64,000 nucleotides of DNA from Chrysemys picta bellii (lineage: Eukaryota), in contig NC_088794.1 in assembly GCF_011386835.1 (NCBI RefSeq), positions 22,568,001-22,632,000 on the forward strand. Reading direction: 5' to 3'. Of this stretch, positions 61,738 to 64,000 are shown piece by piece. Under the pieces are notes generated by a model that was given only the letters and a program-made list of their open reading frames with translations, was not told the origin of the DNA and made no database searches. A program made the translations under genes and the position numbers. Numbering within the stretch: position 1 is the first letter of the stretch; every line of letters starts with the position of its first letter.

Positions 61738-62320
61738 ACTCAGATCCCATGAAATCTAGTGTCCCCCTCATAGCTCTTCTCCTGAACTGCTATCGCAGAA
61801 ACTACAGTCGCTGACAATTGAATGCATCTGGAATTGAAAGGAAAATACATCCTGCACTGGTTGTCACTAGCTCCTCCGGGTATTACCACAGTGCATCATC
61901 TTACATAAAAACTGTGGCATGAGGCTTATTTACCTGGTGGCCTATTGGTACAATAGCGCTCTGAACTACTCGATGATAGGCCTGTGTCTACTTTCCTGTT
62001 CCTTGTCCCATGGCCAGGCAGGTGCAGGGAATGCTCCGGTGGTAACACACTCGCTTCTTGATGGGGAGAGTTAGTGACCTGCATTGCCCAGCAGGAACCT
62101 CTCAAAAAGGGAACTAGGATGACAGGTGCTGCAGGGAGTCCCACAACCAGAGGAATTGCACTGTAACACGGGGCCATGGGGGTACGAGCGCAAAGCAGGT
62201 GAAAAGGAGGAATGAAGGAGGGGATGGATCCAAAGGACTGGGACAGAGATTCAAAAAACCTCCCTGGAAAAAACAGCTACACTGCTAGGATAGCCCAGTA
62301 ACAGGATTCAGCCACTGGGA

Positions 62321-62326
62321 AATAAA
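62321..62326 (+). terminator. Candidate poly(A) signal of gene I
   Basis: First AATAAA I found downstream of the stop at 61737. Confidence 0.35.
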
Positions 62327-63083
62327 TGCAGTGGAAGGGTGGGGTGCATTTACTTTCTCTAGTGGCTCTATTTTTAGTGATAGGCAGCTATAAACACCCC
62401 CATCAGGAAACTGGCTCCCTCTGATAAGAGCGGCCATGGCGTCCCAGTAGGGAAGTGCCGTGAAATATGGGAACATGCTACATTTCCTCTTCAGTCTTAC
62501 AACTTCTCTAACAGTTCAGTTAACACCACAGTGGCTACCTTTCAATCACCTCCCTGCGTTCAGCCCCTGTTCAGCAAAGCACTGAAGCACGCGCTTAACG
62601 TTAAGTCCTGACTTCAGTGAGACTTCAAGTGCTTTGCTAAACTGGTGCCTCACCGAAGAGCATATGATTGTGCAAAGTAAAACTGTATTGTAATGCAGAG
62701 TTAACAGTGGGTGGGTGTGAGTCACTCTGTATTCACTTCTATGGCGCGTTATAAATATGTCTTAAATAACTTTATTATAAACTATACACATTTCAAACTG
62801 TCGCAGCTTCCATTAAAATCTATGCGATTGATACGATGGTGGCTAGTCCCTGCAGGAGAAGGATTATGTTGGGGAAGATTATTTGCAGCAATTCCCAGTG
62901 CATTAGCAGGAGGAATGAGTTCCGGGAAGAACAGTGGAACAGATTCCATAGCAGGACTGTTGTTATTCACTGCCCAAGGGTTCAGGTGCCAGTTTTCAAT
63001 ACCCCTATTGGGAGATATAGCTGCTGGAAGTGGGGTCTCAGTAGGTCTGTCACAGAACCTTGCCCCACTCCCAGGTTATCCTA

Positions 63084-63258
63084 GGGTATGTCTACACTAC
63101 AGTGAAACACCTGCAGCTGGTTCTGAGACCCCTCAGAGCCCGGGCTCTAGCCCGAATAGCCGCATTGCAATTTGATAGCCTCGCAGCCAGAGCCCTGCAA
63201 GCCTGAGTCAGTTAACATGAGCCAGTCCCGGCTGTTTGACTGCAGTGTCATCAGACCC
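63084..63258. mobile_element. Degenerate Harbinger-type MITE
   Basis: Starts gggtatgtctacactac; decayed right end gcagtgtcatcagaccc. Confidence 0.5.
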
Positions 63259-63498
63259 CTTAAGTACAGAGTTATCCCCAATCATTCCGGGGTCACACAA
63301 ACACCACTGAACTACACAGACTAAAAGAAAAGAACCCCTTTGTGTCACTTTTCCCCCATTTTTCCAGTGTCCCTCCTCAAATTCTCTGCTGGCCTCTGAG
63401 CCAGGACGAGGCAGGTTTTCAATGTACATGCTCCAGATTCCAGCAAACCCTCCACCCTACCCAGCAATGTCCCAGCTCTGACAGTCTCTCCTGCCCCC

Positions 63499-63764
63499 TC
63501 AGGCTTTGTCACCGTCACCCTGGGGTTTTCTGGATGTTGAAGGCAAGATTCGGGGTGCAGTGCTGACGTATTCCATAGGCTCACCAGCTGGCAGCGCATG
63601 GGGGAACGCGGGAGCTTGCCCCAGCTGGAGATGAACAAAGGTCAATTCCTTCAGCATGGGTTTGGATTTCAGCCTCGATGTGGCAGATTTCATGTATTCT
63701 CGTGTGCCCTCTTCATCCTGATCTTTGCTGTCCTTCAGCTCTTTGACTCTGCTGGAGCCTGATT
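63499..63764 (-). CDS. Probable terminal coding exon (cytoplasmic tail-like) of a convergent neighbouring gene, or a relic
   Basis: Minus-strand acceptor ttcctgttttgtgcacag, phase 1: ESGSSRVKELKDSKDQDEEGTREYMKS..ELTFVHLQL..EPMEYVST..GDKA*. Minus-strand AATAAA at 62771-62776. I found no upstream exon inside the window. Confidence 0.4.
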
Positions 63765-64000
63765 CTGTGCACAAAACAGGAAATCTTCTCAGCATGGTTC
63801 ATAACAATAGTGGAGGCTGAGCCGATGCACAAGAGGGCAAGACAGGAGAAGGAGAAAATTTCCAGCTTAAGGTGTTCGCCTGAGTTACCAAAGAGCAGAA
63901 AGCAAAGTGCACATTATTTGTCCTCCTACTCCTAGTTCTGTCATGACATCTGTGCCCTATACAGTGGGAGAGCCAGATCTCTGAAGCATAGGGGCTAAGA

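Noticed and set aside
62711-63175. 154-aa ORF downstream of gene I
   Set aside because: Non-ATG start, overlaps a MITE and probable 3' UTRs, no recognisable motif.

Overview
Vertebrate genomic DNA, most likely a turtle, judged from its CR1 3' ends, Harbinger-type MITEs, Penelope-like hairpin and Gypsy-type solo LTRs. The window is a tandem cluster of six intron-containing + strand genes for type I membrane receptors with two V-set Ig domains of the TREM/NCR2(NKp44)/CD300/pIgR class. I reconstructed them exon by exon from GT-AG sites with consistent phases. Order: A1 (2064-7795), B1 (10801-17700), A2 (23550-28751), A3 (35060-40852), B2 (43858-50738), I (55764-61737). A1, A2, A3, B1 and B2 have a Lys inside the TM helix and very short tyrosine-free tails (activating, DAP12-type architecture). 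Gene I has an ectodomain nearly identical to the A genes but a different, uncharged TM exon and a long tail with three ITIM/ITSM-like motifs. The cluster therefore looks like a paired activating/inhibitory receptor system. Positions 1-27856 are duplicated at about 33082-60056. Homology between I and the A genes stops at one site (ccataggaat), where A2 also carries a hairpin insertion. A2 appears to be an I-ectodomain/A-tail chimera, and a B-type gene has been deleted after it. Domain 1 is diversified among paralogs while domain 2 is homogenized. A probable terminal exon of a convergent - strand gene lies at the right edge. All alignments and counts were done by eye, and no database was searched.
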